A stretch of 64,000 bases of DNA from Octopus sinensis (GCF_006345805.1 NC_042998.1:145762001-145826000); one strand, 5' to 3'; shown: positions 25,700-40,482, numbered from the stretch's first letter. Numbers and translations are program-made. The notes: generated from the letters alone by a model not told the origin.

Positions 25700-27050
25700 A
25701 CTTTATTTAAAAGCAGCAGAAATATAACAAAAGCTGTTACTCAGAGTTTCACGTTACCGTTCGTCGGACAGTTTTGTTAAAATGGAACAGAAATGACGAT
25801 ATAATCAAAACTAGTTAAAGGATACACCTTTAAAAATGGATTTGTTTCATTGGTCCTTTCAATTAACAGTCTTAAGCATGCAATGAAAAAAATAAGCGAA
25901 TTCAATATAAATTCATCCTATTATAAAATCTAAGAAAGCCTTAAATCGAAGAGTAGATTCAAAATACATATTTTTAATATTTTCCCATTTATTGCACGTG
26001 GTGTGGCGTTCGATTTTAAACCCTATACGTGGCTAGCCAACTAAGTAGTTTTGCTTTTGTCTCTGTGCCGGAAGGAAGATATGTCATGAGCATGGCGATT
26101 TTTCAATTATCTTTCTCATAGTCTGATATAGCTCTTCTTATAGGTTGTGTTATTATCTAGCGTTGCTGTAACTTCTGCCCCATATATGTCGGTTTAATCA
26201 TACATCGCTGGTCGAATGGACAGGCTCCTGGGTATCGACAGTTACAACTTGAAGTGGCCTTTTGGTGTTGGTCTCGTGTAGGGCAGCAACTATATGATAA
26301 TTTCACTGGGTGCCTGTTGAATATTTTTCTGTACCTGTAATTTTCTGGAGATTTTTTGTCCAGGAGAGACAGGAATCTTTTACCTATGTTAGTTTTACGT
26401 TAAGGGAAGAGGGAGGAGCGAACCTCTACGTCTAGTTTTTGGTCTATTATTATTCCGATTTATATCAGAGGGGTTATATATAAATTTACCCTTAAAACCA
26501 CTATTGGCTAAGGTTGATTTCTCGAAATTTTCTTTATAGGAAAAGGGGTTAGAAACACTGCTACTAATGTTAGCTATCAGATATTTAGATACTACAGTGG
26601 TGTGACAATACTGTTCATGAATATAGGAAACTTTCTCGTTGGGCTTAAACTAAGGCTTATAAAAGGAGTTCAGGTTTAGGGGAAAATCTAAAAAATCAGC
26701 TTTAGATTGATTAGCGACTGTGATTTTAAAGCCTAATTGACTGGAAGTAGAAGTTCTTCCCTAAATTTATCAAGGGTGTGACCAACACAGCTATGAGAAA
26801 TACCCAATCCGTCGTCTCGGTATAAACCTACGTCATGAGATGGGTACTTAAATCTCAATGTGTTTAATACAAGGAGACCCACAAGATCGCACACGTCAGC
26901 ACTATCGTATAACCCCATTCAAACATCAAACCATTTATCATTATCCGACTTTTTTCCCATGCTGAGCCCTAACTAAACAGTAGTGTTTTCCTCACATGCC
27001 TGATAAATTCCAGGTCTATGGTATAAATACGTATACTGTGTTCATTAAAT
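25700..27050 (-). mobile_element. Degraded Penelope-like element of the LYRDDG type (RT + GIY-YIG + HHR pLTR end)
   Basis: [44 protein letters not shown], then NVKTNIGKRFLSLLD..KIFNR..LSYSC..CNCRYPGACP, then an HHR at 25734-25771. Confidence 0.88.
25734..25771 (-). ncRNA. Type-I hammerhead ribozyme with U4C core (CCGACGA)
   Basis: CTGT-CCGACGA-ACG(GTAA)CGT-GAAACTC(T)GAGT-A-ACAG. Stem I extends to AACAAAA/TTTTGTT. GUA triplet. Confidence 0.8.
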
Positions 27051-27277
27051 AATACACACACACACACAGACACACACAAACACACACATATATATATATG
27101 TACATATATTATACACATATATATGTATATATATATATGTATATATGTATACATATATATATGTATATATAGATACATATACATATATGTATGTATGTAT
27201 ACATATATATGTATGTATATATATATGTATAAATATATATATATGTATATATATATATAATATATATGTATATATGT

Positions 27278-27339
<62 letters not shown>

Positions 27340-27365
27340 GTGTGAATGTGTGTGTGTGAATGTGC

Positions 27366-27419
<54 letters not shown>

Positions 27420-27621
27420 CGGATTCAAGTAATCCGGTAGTACTCATAAAAAGTTCCTTAATGTATCATTCTACAAAACATAGGCATGTAAGTAAGTTAT
27501 TCATTATCAAATATAATAGTATAAATTATTTACATGTTTTCAAGATACAAAACAATTTGTCGTGAAATGAATTTTATTATTGTTAAATAAAATTTCATCA
27601 AACTATTGTTCTGTCATTCGT

Positions 27622-27663
<42 letters not shown>

Positions 27664-28419
27664 TATATACAAACATATATGCATATATACATGCATACAT
27701 ACATAGTCACAAATGACAGAAGAATACATATATATACAGATATAAATATATATACATACATGTATATGTATATATATATATATATATGTGTGTATTTAAA
27801 TATTTAAATATATACGCACGTACACACATTTTATGTGAATATAAATATGTACATATATATATACATACATTTATATATGTAAAAATGCATACATATACAT
27901 ATTCATGCATGAATGTATATAAGCGCATATGATTGCGCTTCCGGTTTTAAATTTTCGTATTTTCTCATTTCTATGAATGTATATAACAATAAATAGCAAT
28001 AAATTTAAGGAATAGAGATACAAAAAGTATATGCCTTAAAGGGAACCCTACGATTGGTCAGTTATTGATGTTTAATTACTCTGGTGTTACATATTTCAGC
28101 GTTCAATGTATTATTTTTTTCACTGAGAATTTCGTTTCAGCAAATGTAGAGAAACATTTATTTGAATTCTTGTTTCCACTTTTAAATTAATTCTTTACAA
28201 ACAGACGTTCTTTAGATATGTTACTAGGAAATAAAATATACATAACGAAGCAGTTATAACATTTTTGACTGTTTATTCGATGCAGTGCCAGTAAATAATA
28301 TTGAATTTTCTAAATAAAAATGTTTATTGCTTTCAAAAATATAATTAAATAAATAATAAATGGTAAAGTTGGTTCTTCTCGTTTAACATACTTTGAAGTC
28401 GAAGAAAAAGCGATTACCA

Positions 28420-28479
<60 letters not shown>

Positions 28480-28939
28480 ATATTATTATGTTTTAGTTTT
28501 GCTTTAATTTATACAAGCTGCACCCGAGTGCCAATCAGATCTACTACTACTACCACTTCTCTACTACAGATGCTGCTGCTGCTGCTACTACTAATACTAC
28601 TATTGTTGTTATGCAATAAAAATAATACTACAGTGGCTGCTATTAAGATTTGAACTATATATTACTATTCTAGTATTTTCTATATGTTTCTATTCCAATA
28701 TATTAGTGTTCTTATATTGTCGAGTTGATGTCAATTTAGTTATTTGAGTTTTTTTCTCGTAAAATATAGTAGCAACAAAGATAGTACCAGAAAGTATTAG
28801 ATAACTCTGTTCGAATATGTATGCGCATGGGTGGGTGGGTGCGCGTGCGCGTGTGCATGCGTGTGTGTAATACATACACACACATATATATATATGTACG
28901 TGTGTGTATATATCTATGTATGTATGCATTATGTATGTA

Positions 28940-28942
28940 TGT

Positions 28943-28989
<47 letters not shown>

Positions 28990-28995
28990 TCGATC

Positions 28996-29038
<43 letters not shown>

Positions 29039-29039
29039 C

Positions 29040-29126
<87 letters not shown>

Positions 29127-29166
29127 GATGGATGGATGGATGGATGGATGGATGGATGGATGGATG

Positions 29167-29262
<96 letters not shown>
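28940..29262. repeat. Compound (GATA)n(GATG)n(GATA)n microsatellite
   Basis: Direct reading. Other GATA/GACA tracts at 3427-3516, 54005-54146 and 54795-55172. Confidence 0.97.
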
Positions 29263-29263
<1 letters not shown>

Positions 29264-31493
29264 GAATGAATGTATGAATATATGTACAAACATCAATACG
29301 AAAAAAATGACTTCACTATAAACCAAAACCTGACAAGACGGCTGTTAATTGCATGTGTTAACATCAATATATTTATTAATTTGCTGTATCCAAAAATATT
29401 TTTTAAAACTTAATCTAGTAATTATAAAATAGCTAGGTTCATTCGTGCATGTCCTTTCTATTTATTAACTTTTATTATTAACCCCTTTTAAAAATCAACG
29501 AACACTGTTTTTAATCTGGGCACAATGCCAGCAATTTTGAGGGGGTGGGGTTAATCGATGCCATCGATCCCACAGCTTGATTGATACTTCATTTCACTGA
29601 TTCCAGAAAAATGGAAGGTAGAGTTGATCTTGTCGGGATTTGAACTCAAGATGTAAAGACCCTGGAGAAATACCACGACGCAATTTTTCCGTCGCTCTAG
29701 CGATTCGTTTAACTTATCGCGTCTTCAAAATATATTAATAAAGGCCAGCGATGATGGTTGCATTGATAGAGTACCAAATGATCGGTGGTTCATATGCCCC
29801 GTAAAAGATGCTTGCCATCCTTTCCTGTATCCAAAGTATTCAGTGAACCTGTCCCTCGCGGTAAACTGGGGCAGGACTGTATTTTCAGACAGAAATCGCT
29901 TGCTGGAATAAATCCCTCGATAGATATGAACAACAGATGAGATACGTCTCCTTCATTTCACTTATATTTCAAAATTTTGCTATGACAACAACGTATAGTC
30001 TATAATCCCAGACCAGATAATACAATAATATTAGATACCTTAATAGAAATGAATGTATTTTCTGATACAACATCCTAAATTATTACACACATCTTGTATA
30101 AAACATACATAACACACATTATCATATGTATATACTGATTTAACACATATCAATATAATTTACATCATATATAACATACATGATGCATATTACATAATAT
30201 ACATAATAACAGACAGCATCAGATACTGCTTTTATAATATGCATCTTGTATAATATATACTATGTATAACATACACGACGTATAACGATCTGTGTATCAA
30301 ACTTAATGTATAGACACTGTTGATAGACCAGTTACTACGGTATTCGTCCTCAGATGTATTCTCTTATGGACCACAATAATTATCAGAGGGAGATGAAAAT
30401 TTGTCTTAGAGCAGCTAGCGAGAATGCCAGATGCATTTCAGCCTTTTTGCACCTGTTCAATGGTGTCTACTCCCAGCCAGCCAGCCACATGCCCGAACTA
30501 GATTTCATTGCCTCTGATATACGAAAAAATAGATAAAACATTCACTGATGTTGCGAGTAGCCGATCGGCTAGATAAAAATCCAGTATACAAGGTGTATAA
30601 TGCACAAGTATAATAATCGGTATGTATAACATACATCTTGTATAGTATATAGCATATTTAACATACCACGTGTATAACACACGGTATTTGAACTCAGAAT
30701 GCAAAGACACGGAATCAAATAGCACAACGCTTCTAGCCTGATGTTCTTACTGTTCCACCAACTAACCACTCCCTGAAATAGTACTGTAATAATCTACCCT
30801 GAAAGGATGAAAGAGAAAACTGATTCTCTTGTTGACTTATCATATATTTTATCCCAGCGGCAACTAAATCAAATGAAATAATCGAGAATCTTGTCTCTGC
30901 TTGTCTCGTTGCGAATTTGGTGTGATACAGTGCCTGGAAAGTGAATGGATGACATTTCATTAAATACTTTAATTTCTCATTTAAATATTTCTCCATCAGC
31001 TGTTTCGGATTAGCTTAGGCCAAGTCCAGTCTAGTCCAGCCTCGATATTACTGTAAATATTCTTTTCAAACCATAATTGAATTTCTGTCTCAATAAAAGA
31101 CCGTTTTAGCGTTCCTCCAATAACTTGAAGTTTTGCAAACATTTGACAGCAAAGATTGACACTGTTTATATTTACTTTCCAACACTGCACAATCATCTTA
31201 ACAGATATTGAGAACAGTCAAAGAGATAGAAGACTGGCGAAGTGAATTTGAATATTAACTGTGGCACAGCATCTTCTGATGTGTGAAATCTTCTAAGAAG
31301 GTTTTTGCCGCTAAATACTAATATCATTGGTTTGTGAACAGGAGCGAATAGAAGAAAGAAATTACACACACACACATGCACACACTCGGTCGCGCGCACA
31401 CACACACGCACGCAAACATACATGTACGCACATATACATATAAATCATACACTCACACATTCACATATATATATATGTGCGTATACAAACACG

Positions 31494-31557
<64 letters not shown>

Positions 31558-31663
31558 TATACATGTAGATATACATATCTACATAAATATTATACGTATA
31601 TATATATAGATAGATAGGTAGATATAGATACATGTACATATATATATATACCCAGATAAATAT

Positions 31664-31694
<31 letters not shown>

Positions 31695-31727
31695 GCATAT
31701 ATATACATATACATATATATACATATA

Positions 31728-31793
<66 letters not shown>

Positions 31794-31869
31794 GAAGAGA
31801 AGAGAGAGAGAATGCACAAAAACGAGATGGAAGAACAACAAACGACGTATTAGATTGATACTCAGGAAA

Positions 31870-33440
31870 AAATGGAAGACGTCTTTAACGGTTCAAGTCT
31901 GTGCACCATTTCCAACACTTCCCTCGCCTTTCTCGATATTTCGGTCAACATACACAACTCCACTCTCACTACCTCCATCCAATACAAACAGACCGACTCA
32001 CACTTATACCTCAACTCCTCTACCTCCCACCCTACCCACACCAAGCTCTCCATCCCCTACTCCCTAGTCCTCCGTTTGCGCAGGTTATGCAGTAACAACC
32101 ATGACTTCGAGACTCAGTTTCAACTCATGGCTCGCCAGTTCATCCTTCGTGGATATCCCCTCACCACTATCCACAACGCCCTTGCCAGAGCACGTTCCTT
32201 GGATCGTGCCTCTACTCTCTCCCCTGCACCCGCCCCGCCGTTACCTGTCTCCTGTTTCCCTTCACCTTCCACCCTCCACCCTGCCTCTCTAACACACCAT
32301 TCCCCGAGCCTTCCGCTGACTCCAGTCCGACCCCTCCATTTCGTACATCTTCCCCAACCTACCCCTACCCTCCTTCAAACGAACCTACAACCTACGTAAC
32401 CTCCTGGTTCACAGTTTCTTCCCTAACTCCACCTGCGAACCTGGCTCGTTTCCCTGCTCCCGCCATGCTGTCGCACTTGCCCCTACCTCTCCAATACCAC
32501 GATCCTCATAGGCAGCCATCATCGTCCCTATCATATCACTGACTCCTTTACATGCACTTCTAGCAACATCATTTACTGCACCTCCTGCTCTTTCTGTCCT
32601 CTCTACCTCGGTCAAACGGGACCCCGCATGACTGACCGGTTCGCGGAGCACCTCCGAGACATTAGACTCGGCAATGACACCCCGGTCTCGCGCTATTTCC
32701 GCTCTACCGGTCATTCATTACAACACCTGTCTGTGTTTGAATTGTCTTGGCACGCCTTCATCGTGAACAAGAATTAATCTTCTCTCTTCGCTCCTTTCCT
32801 CCAATGGGCTCAACTCCCCTCGCCTCAAGTTCTACCCCCCTCCTCTCCTCTCTACATCTCACACTTACTTCCTCTCTTTACTCCCACATATTCCACTCCT
32901 ACCCCAACCCAAAACTACACCACACCCTCACAGCCCCACACCTCATCCTCGCATCCCCACACCCCAACACCGCCACACCACACCACACACCATCGCATCA
33001 CATCACGCCACCCCGCACACACTAGCACTGACCACTTCCCAGCAACCACACCATCATCCACACACCCACACATTACAGGCGCACACATACGCACACATTC
33101 ACACGTTAAAGTCATCAGCCCTTTTCCACACGCACACACTTACACACTCTCGCATACACACGCACGCGCGCCTTCGTTTATGGATCACCAATACTTTATT
33201 ATCTCCCCTTCTCCCTAGCTCTCCTGTCTAACTACCTCTGTCCAGCCAGCCGCCATGATTGACCGCTGGCTCCAAAAGGTTTTTTATTCTCTCTCTCTGT
33301 TTATTTTCTCGTATTCCTTTCTGTTGAAGAGCGTAGGCTCGAATCATAAATGACATTTCCACCTTCCCAAGCGTTAAACTAATACACCTGTTCGTTGTTT
33401 ATCCTCCTGTCTTCTTCTTTTGTTTTCCTGTAAATTTCAA
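31870..33440 (+). mobile_element. Degraded Penelope-like element (RT thumb, GIY-YIG, pLTR), Neptune/Poseidon-like
   Basis: LAFLDISV..YKQTDSHLYL..SHPTHTKLSIPYSLVLRLRRLCS..RGYP, then CRTCPY..FTCTSSNIIYC..CSFCPLYLGQTG..RFAEHLRDI. C-rich 3' region with HHR-like motif at 33316-33350. Confidence 0.9.
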
Positions 33441-33452
33441 ATATATATATAT

Positions 33453-33491
<39 letters not shown>

Positions 33492-33920
33492 TATATAAAC
33501 AGAGAGCAAGGAGGAGGAGACGAACTAAATGAGCTCAATATTGACTAATTCTTATAATCTATATATTTATACTTGGTGACAGATGAAAAAGGAGACTTCT
33601 GACGTTGAATTACAATACAACATTTTTACTTGGCCTGTACCTATTATCAGGAATGTATTCTCAATTAGGCATCATAGATATCCATCACAGAATTACTAAC
33701 AAAAATACATAAATTTTAGAACAAATAACCTTATTGAAATATTATTGAGAATTAAAACTACAATCTCTTTGAAAAAGAAACAAAGAGGACCGTTATCTAT
33801 TACGTATAACCCGTTCTCTCAATCTTACCCTCATACACACACTCTCTCTTTCTTACTCTCTTCCATACGTATTTATATATAATTTTACATAAGTATGCAT
33901 ATGTGTGTGTATATGACTGA

Positions 33921-33986
<66 letters not shown>

Positions 33987-34027
33987 ATGGTCAAGTGTAT
34001 ATATATGTGTGTACGTGTGGATGAAGT

Positions 34028-34250
34028 AGCGTGGCTTAGTGGTTAAAGCGTTGCACTCATGATCGCAAGTTGGTGGGTTCGATTCTTGAACCGGGCGAAT
34101 GTTGTTGAGCAAAATATTTCAATTCAAGTTGCTCCAGTCCACTCGACTGACAGAAATGAGTAACCTTCTTACGGACTTGCTCCCGTCCAGGGCGTGGGGA
34201 ATATATACGCCACGGAAAACCGGCCTTATGACTCGCTAGGAACCTTTCAA
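34028..34250 (+). mobile_element. tRNA-derived SINE related to the 48.3-kb copy
   Basis: GTGGCTTAGTGGTTAAAG A-box, GGGTTCGATTCTT B-box, shared GCTCCAGTCCACT..AAATGAGT. A related head lies at ~2690-2800 (-). Confidence 0.75.
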
Positions 34251-34829
34251 CCTTTTTATATGTGTATACATGTACGTATATGTGTGTATATATGTTATGT
34301 ATCTGTAGATATGTATATTATGTATAAGAGAGTGGAATTACTAGAGTAGATACAGCGTCCGATAAAAATCCTTATAGTATTTGTTTAGTTCTTAGAACTC
34401 TGTGTTAGAATCCTTCCAAGTTCTATTTAAATGCTTGTCAAGGACTAAGGTCAGTTTTTCACGCTCACCTTCTCGCTTATCTTCTTTCTCCTCTCATCAG
34501 TTCTCCCTCCGTCTCTTTTTATATGTCCTCTTGATTCCTCTCCTCTACCTTTCTCTCTCCTTTTCCTTTCTCTTCCCTCTCCTCTCTCTTTCTCCCTCTT
34601 CTCTCTCTCTCTCACTCTTCTTTTCTTTCTCCTTTTTCTCCTCCTTTCTTGTCGTTTCCCTCCTATTCGTTATTCTTTTCCATCTCACTCTTTCCCCCCC
34701 TTCTTTCTCCTCTTTTTCTCGAAACCAATTATGCTCTACAATAAATATGGCGATGGCAGCCAACACAGCGTTTCTTTCTGCAGAAAATATTCATTTTTTA
34801 AAAATCTATTTCCAACTTAACAAGGATAT

Positions 34830-35760
34830 CTTGTTAGAACACCGAATACTGTTTTATTAGCCTTGAGAGATTTTCTCGTGTAGGTATTTGGTGCATAAAA
34901 GCATACACATTTCTCTCGGCAGACGAGAATCGTCTGTCATGGAGGCCGGGACTTCCATATCACGAGATATCATTGGGAAGCGTTTGGTCACTGCATGCCA
35001 GTTAAATCTCGTTGATACTATATATAGAATATCAGCGTCTTTTCAGACACTGATTTCGCAAATAGCCAGTAAGCTCATTAAGAATTAACTATTAGCATCA
35101 GAAGCAGCATTAATACCAAAAGCTAATCTTTATATCCAACTTAACTTATATTTTTATAAATATAAAAATAATATATTTTAGTAATTATATAATAAATAAT
35201 ATGTTTTAATAACAACTTTTGAATGCCATCTTTCCTCAAATCCGTTTGGGCTGTTTCATACAATAGTCCAATGCACTCAACTACGGTTCTATTTTGTTTC
35301 CTAAAAGTAGACGAATTACTAGCCTATAATTAGAACACCGAATACTGCATTATCAGCCTCGAGAGATCCACTCACATAGGCGCATGGTGCATAAAAGCTC
35401 AGACATAGATCGTAGCAGACGAAAATCTTCTGTCGTGGGTGCTGAAAATCCTATATCACGTGGTATTAACTGGTAGTTATACTGCTTTCGTCCATAATAG
35501 TTACTTGCGGCATCAGTATCTTAAAATATGCTGATATTCTATATATCGTGTCAGCAAGATTTGACTGCCATACAATGGCCGGATACCTCCTACTGATGAT
35601 TTCCAATAGATTGAAATAACGTGATAAGGGTGTTCTGACGCCCATGACAGACGATTCCCGTCGGCTACGATCTATGTGCGTGCTTCTATACACTTTTACG
35701 ATCTATGCGCGTGCTTCTATACACTTTTACGATCTATGTATGTGCTTCTATTACTTTTTC
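34830..35760. repeat. Diverged ~240-bp unit in two direct copies and one inverted copy, plus a 31-bp tandem trimer
   Basis: Copies at ~34830-35070 (+), ~35330-35470 (+) and ~35480-35700 (-). 31-bp repeats start at 35666, 35697 and 35728. Confidence 0.75.
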
Positions 35761-36354
35761 GTATTAATTCTACTTCCGTCGTAACTAAATATCAAAGTAT
35801 GTTATTCTTTGTAAAATATTCATTTCCCATTTAGTATTCCCAAAATTTGCAGACTTGTTGAATTATATTGATATACGTATCGTTATGCGTAAGTAATATA
35901 CAATTATGCATATATAGATTCATATGTGTATGTGTGTGTTCGTGCGTATATATTATATATATAATATATATAAATATATATATATATATATTATATATAT
36001 ATATAGATATATAATTCATGTATGTATATAGATAGGTAGATACATACATACATGCATATTGTAATATAAGTATTGTAAAGGATGTAAAAACATATATTAC
36101 GTAGTGTAGACATTATTTGATACAGAACTAAATGCGACAAAGGCAGTGGATAAGATATACACATTTATTGTATCAAAAGTGGACAGTCTATTCTAAGTTT
36201 CGACCTTGGCTCTTCCGGCTACGCTTTTTCGCGTTCGCCACCGTTGCCATAACAAATGCACACAAACGCACTACACACGAGCACACACAAGAAAAATATA
36301 AATATGTGCGTGTGTGTGCGTGTGTGCGTGTGTGCGTGTGTGCGTGTGTGTGTG

Positions 36355-36394
<40 letters not shown>

Positions 36395-36889
36395 GTGTGT
36401 GTGGTGTGTGCACGCATGTTAACATAAAGGTCCTCTGTAATAAAATGGCTTTTCTTGAATTAACATCTCCGAAATTCTATGTTTGCTTAATGTTTGGTTT
36501 CTGAGAAATTTATGAGTTCAATTCTCTGTAGTAAAACTATTGAGCAAATACACACACGCACACACATAAATATACACATGTATATCTGTATGTACATGTA
36601 TATACATATATGTGTGTGTGTGTGTGTATAGATGCATATATATGTTAGGTTATATATATATATATATATTCAGTATATATACCCTGTGCACTTACTTCAT
36701 TCTAATACAGCAGGTAAATATGAATAAAGCAAGCCACGCATGAACTTTCCCAATACAAAGACGAAACACACACACGGGAAAAAATTATGCAAGATATTAC
36801 AATATTTATATACAAAGAGCATACTTATTTGTAAACATGACTTTAAACTTGGATCACGAAGACAGATGCAAGCACAAAGAAAAATGAAG

Positions 36890-36953
36890 GAAAAGCAACG
36901 ACAACAATAATCAGTAAAAATACTAACAATAATGATGATGATGATGATAATAA

Positions 36954-37011
<58 letters not shown>

Positions 37012-37124
37012 GCATCAACAATAATATCAATAATAATAATATCTATAACACCAACAGCAACCACAATAACAACAACAGCAACAACAACAATAATAATGAT
37101 GATAAAAAGCAACAAGAATAATAA

Positions 37125-37182
<58 letters not shown>

Positions 37183-37215
37183 TAATAATAATAATAATAA
37201 TAATATTAATAATAT
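36890..37215. repeat. Compound (AAT)n/(AAC)n/(GAT)n trinucleotide tract
   Basis: Direct reading. Similar tracts at 15670-15810, 28420-28640 and 57810-57925. Confidence 0.95.
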
Positions 37216-37915
37216 AACATGAAATGATAAAGAAGGAACATAGATGAAAGGAAATGAAAGCAAGACCATTTTCGGGCTCAATTTATTGAGCGGTGTCTGT
37301 ATCTAATACTAGGATTAACCTAATTAGATATGCACGGGTTTTTCCAATTCTCACACAATATGGCCGTTCATACTCAATGGTTAGTTGAAATCTATGATAA
37401 CAGCACACAGGATGACAGAGCGTATCGTTCGTTTCTTGCATACGTAAATAGATTAGCGTCCGCCATCTTGCTAGATAAAAGCTAAACCACTTGCCAATTA
37501 ACCGGATCGATTTTACTGATCTTGGCGACAGTGTTGCAATGTATCGGCTTCCTTGTTAAAGATCAAAGTAGCACTTCTGTTATGTCTCTGGTATAGATTC
37601 TTTAGATGAGATTTTCTAAAGCCTCATAGATAGTCACCTGTATGTGGCGTCAATTATTAGTGTATACGTGCATTTGTATATGTTTGTATTAGTCTCTACC
37701 TCCCACTTTCACCCAGTTGCTCTCTCTCTCTTTTTCGTGCGCTTTTTATTTGGTATGTAAATGCGTATGTAAATATATATGCATGTATTTATATATGCGT
37801 GTGTGTATATGTGTGTGTATGAATATGTATAGATATATATGTATATATACATATATATAATATGCGCATATGCTATGTATTATAGATATATTCAATATAC
37901 ATGTATGATAGATAT

Positions 37916-37957
<42 letters not shown>

Positions 37958-37967
37958 GGTGTGTGTG

Positions 37968-38027
<60 letters not shown>

Positions 38028-38469
38028 AAACATTACATACATATACATATTCATACATATGCATGTGTATTTAGTGCAGAAGTGTCTAATAACACGACGC
38101 AATTTAAAATTATAACGTCATATGATCTGTAATACTGTATATTAAGTATGCATGTATATGTGTGTGTGTACATATAGATAGATACATACATATATTATAT
38201 ATACATACATATATATATGCATGTGTACATATGTGTATAGGTATATGTGTCTTGTTGTAAATTTACATATATGCTAATATATTCTTTATATGCATATATC
38301 TATGTATGCCTGCATATATTACGCGTGTACTTGATGGACTAACATCTAATGATGCATAAATATACAAATATGTACATGACTTATTTATTTACATACACTT
38401 ATGCAATATATACAAATATACATTATATACAAAAAAAGTGTTCTTTAAGTTGGCAATATTCAAGATATA

Positions 38470-38527
<58 letters not shown>

Positions 38528-38961
38528 TATGAAGTGTGTGTGTAGTTATATATTATATATATAGTATGTATGTATATTTTCTTATGCTCAATTACATACA
38601 GAAGCAAAACTTATATTGTGATTGATGAAACAAAACAAGTTGGAGCATCAGAACCTATTTGACTAACATCTTTCTACTCCGCTGCACACACACACACAGA
38701 TTGGGTGTTTACTGAAAGAAACATTTTTTAAGTTATTAACTATTTCAAAAAATATTATCTAGACAAGAGAATGTCACCAACCTTTAGGGAGGAAGTTTTC
38801 GTTTCGTGTATATCTTGTGTGTAAGCGCTTTCGTTATTCAACATCTTCAAGTTTTTTTTTTGTTTTTTTTTAATGGATAAGTTTTAAATGTATCATTCTT
38901 TAAAATGTTGAAACTGTATCAGGTAACTTTTACGAAAGCTTTGAAATTATATATATATAAT

Positions 38962-39001
<40 letters not shown>

Positions 39002-39022
39002 GTATGTATGTAGGTATGTATG

Positions 39023-39055
<33 letters not shown>

Positions 39056-39871
39056 CATTGATCAGAGAACAAACATCAAATTTGGGCCAACGACTTTATA
39101 TAACCTCACGCTTCTATACATTTCATCATATACAAATAATACCATGGCCTTCAACATATAAAGGAAATACATATATAAGCAGAGAAGGTAAAAAATATCT
39201 ACGCACATATAAAAATACAAAATATATAGGAGGGTCTGTCAAGAAAAAAGTATGTACAAATCGACTAAAATAGGTGATCAAAATGAATTACTAAAACATA
39301 TCCATCAACTAAAAATGCTTTTTTACCCCTCGATCGATTAAAAATATATCAGAACGACAGGTGAAAAACGTGTAACGTACACTGAGTGTACAACCGGGCG
39401 GGAGAGATACACAGAAGGTCCCTAATTCTTCATGAGTTATCAACTAGATGGTATTACTCAGTTTCACACCAATAATGATAAGAGTGAAAACTTTCCATAC
39501 AGGCAGTGCCTGTGAAAGTTGCAGAGAATATGAGGCCAAGAGCAAACAAACAATACAGAGTGGACATACGAAAGTGAATAAATGTAATTTAAGACGAGGG
39601 ACAAAGACGAAATAAATAAGAAACGAGCAAAATATAGCCTTTGGGCCAAGAAAACAAGAATGGTGGGTAACGCTTAGAAGGCATCCTAAATAATTAGAAA
39701 AGAGCAAATAGTAAGATAGTGAAACACAGAGAATTTACGACCGGTCAGCTGCGCAACCGGTGTGAAAAAGGGAGAGAAAGAAAGGAAAGCAGCCAGAGGA
39801 GAAAATTACCCATTATTTAGCAATTCCTCTTTCTCGGGGTAACAGGTTTTACATTTGCAAGTTGACAAATA

Positions 39872-40090
39872 TATATCTTATATATTAAAACTGAAAATGT
39901 CTGCCTGTGTGAGTGTGTGTGTGTGTTTGTATCGGTATGTCCTCGTTTTGCGCCAAAAGAGCTCGACCGATGTTTCTTAAACTTCACACGCACATTGCTT
40001 ATGTGTCTTGGGAGGTTTTAAGTATAAATTGATTTCGAAAAAATGTTTGGGTAAACGGCGGGGGAATAATATTTGGGCGTGAGTAAACGG
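39872..40090 (+). mobile_element. Possible Helitron/Helentron-like non-autonomous 5' end
   Basis: ATCTTTATATTAAAACTGAAAATGTCTGCCTGTG followed by a (GT) tract resembles non-autonomous Helitron 5' termini. No 3' hairpin/CTAG identified. Confidence 0.3.
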
Positions 40091-40261
40091 TGAGTAATTA
40101 TTTGAATGAAAGTTCACAGTGTTTATGTATGTGTGTATGTATGCATGCGTGCATGTATTTATATATATATATGTGTGTATGCATCTGTGTATGTATGTAT
40201 ATGTGTGTAACTACACGTGGGTTGTTGGCGATTTCCTCGCCATCTTTGGAGCTTTCTCTTT

Positions 40262-40381
40262 CTCCTCTCCGACGAAGAGCTATGCGCGAAATATGAAGCT
40301 CTCTCCTTTCTCCGAGAGTCAAGTTAATACATTTTTGTGCACGTCCTCACGTTCGAATTTTCCGTTTTTGTATTCGTTTAT
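40262..40381 (+). repeat. pLTR-like fragment with decayed hammerhead (CCGACGA-A-GAGC TAT GCGC-GAAA)
   Basis: Core plus extra A plus near-perfect stem II. The downstream tail resembles the 3-kb and 33.3-kb pLTR ends. Confidence 0.5.
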
Positions 40382-40482
40382 TTGAATTGACTTCATACAT
40401 ACATATATCATATATACATGCAACTACATACATACATACATACATACATCATACATACATACATATATACATGTATAATATA

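Noticed and set aside
35590-35630. CTGATGA...GAAA as a hammerhead
   Set aside because: Stem II and III pairing is too weak, and it lies in a non-PLE repeat.
35666-35758. 31-bp direct repeats as a CRISPR array
   Set aside because: Head-to-tail tandem copies with no spacers, in a eukaryotic context.
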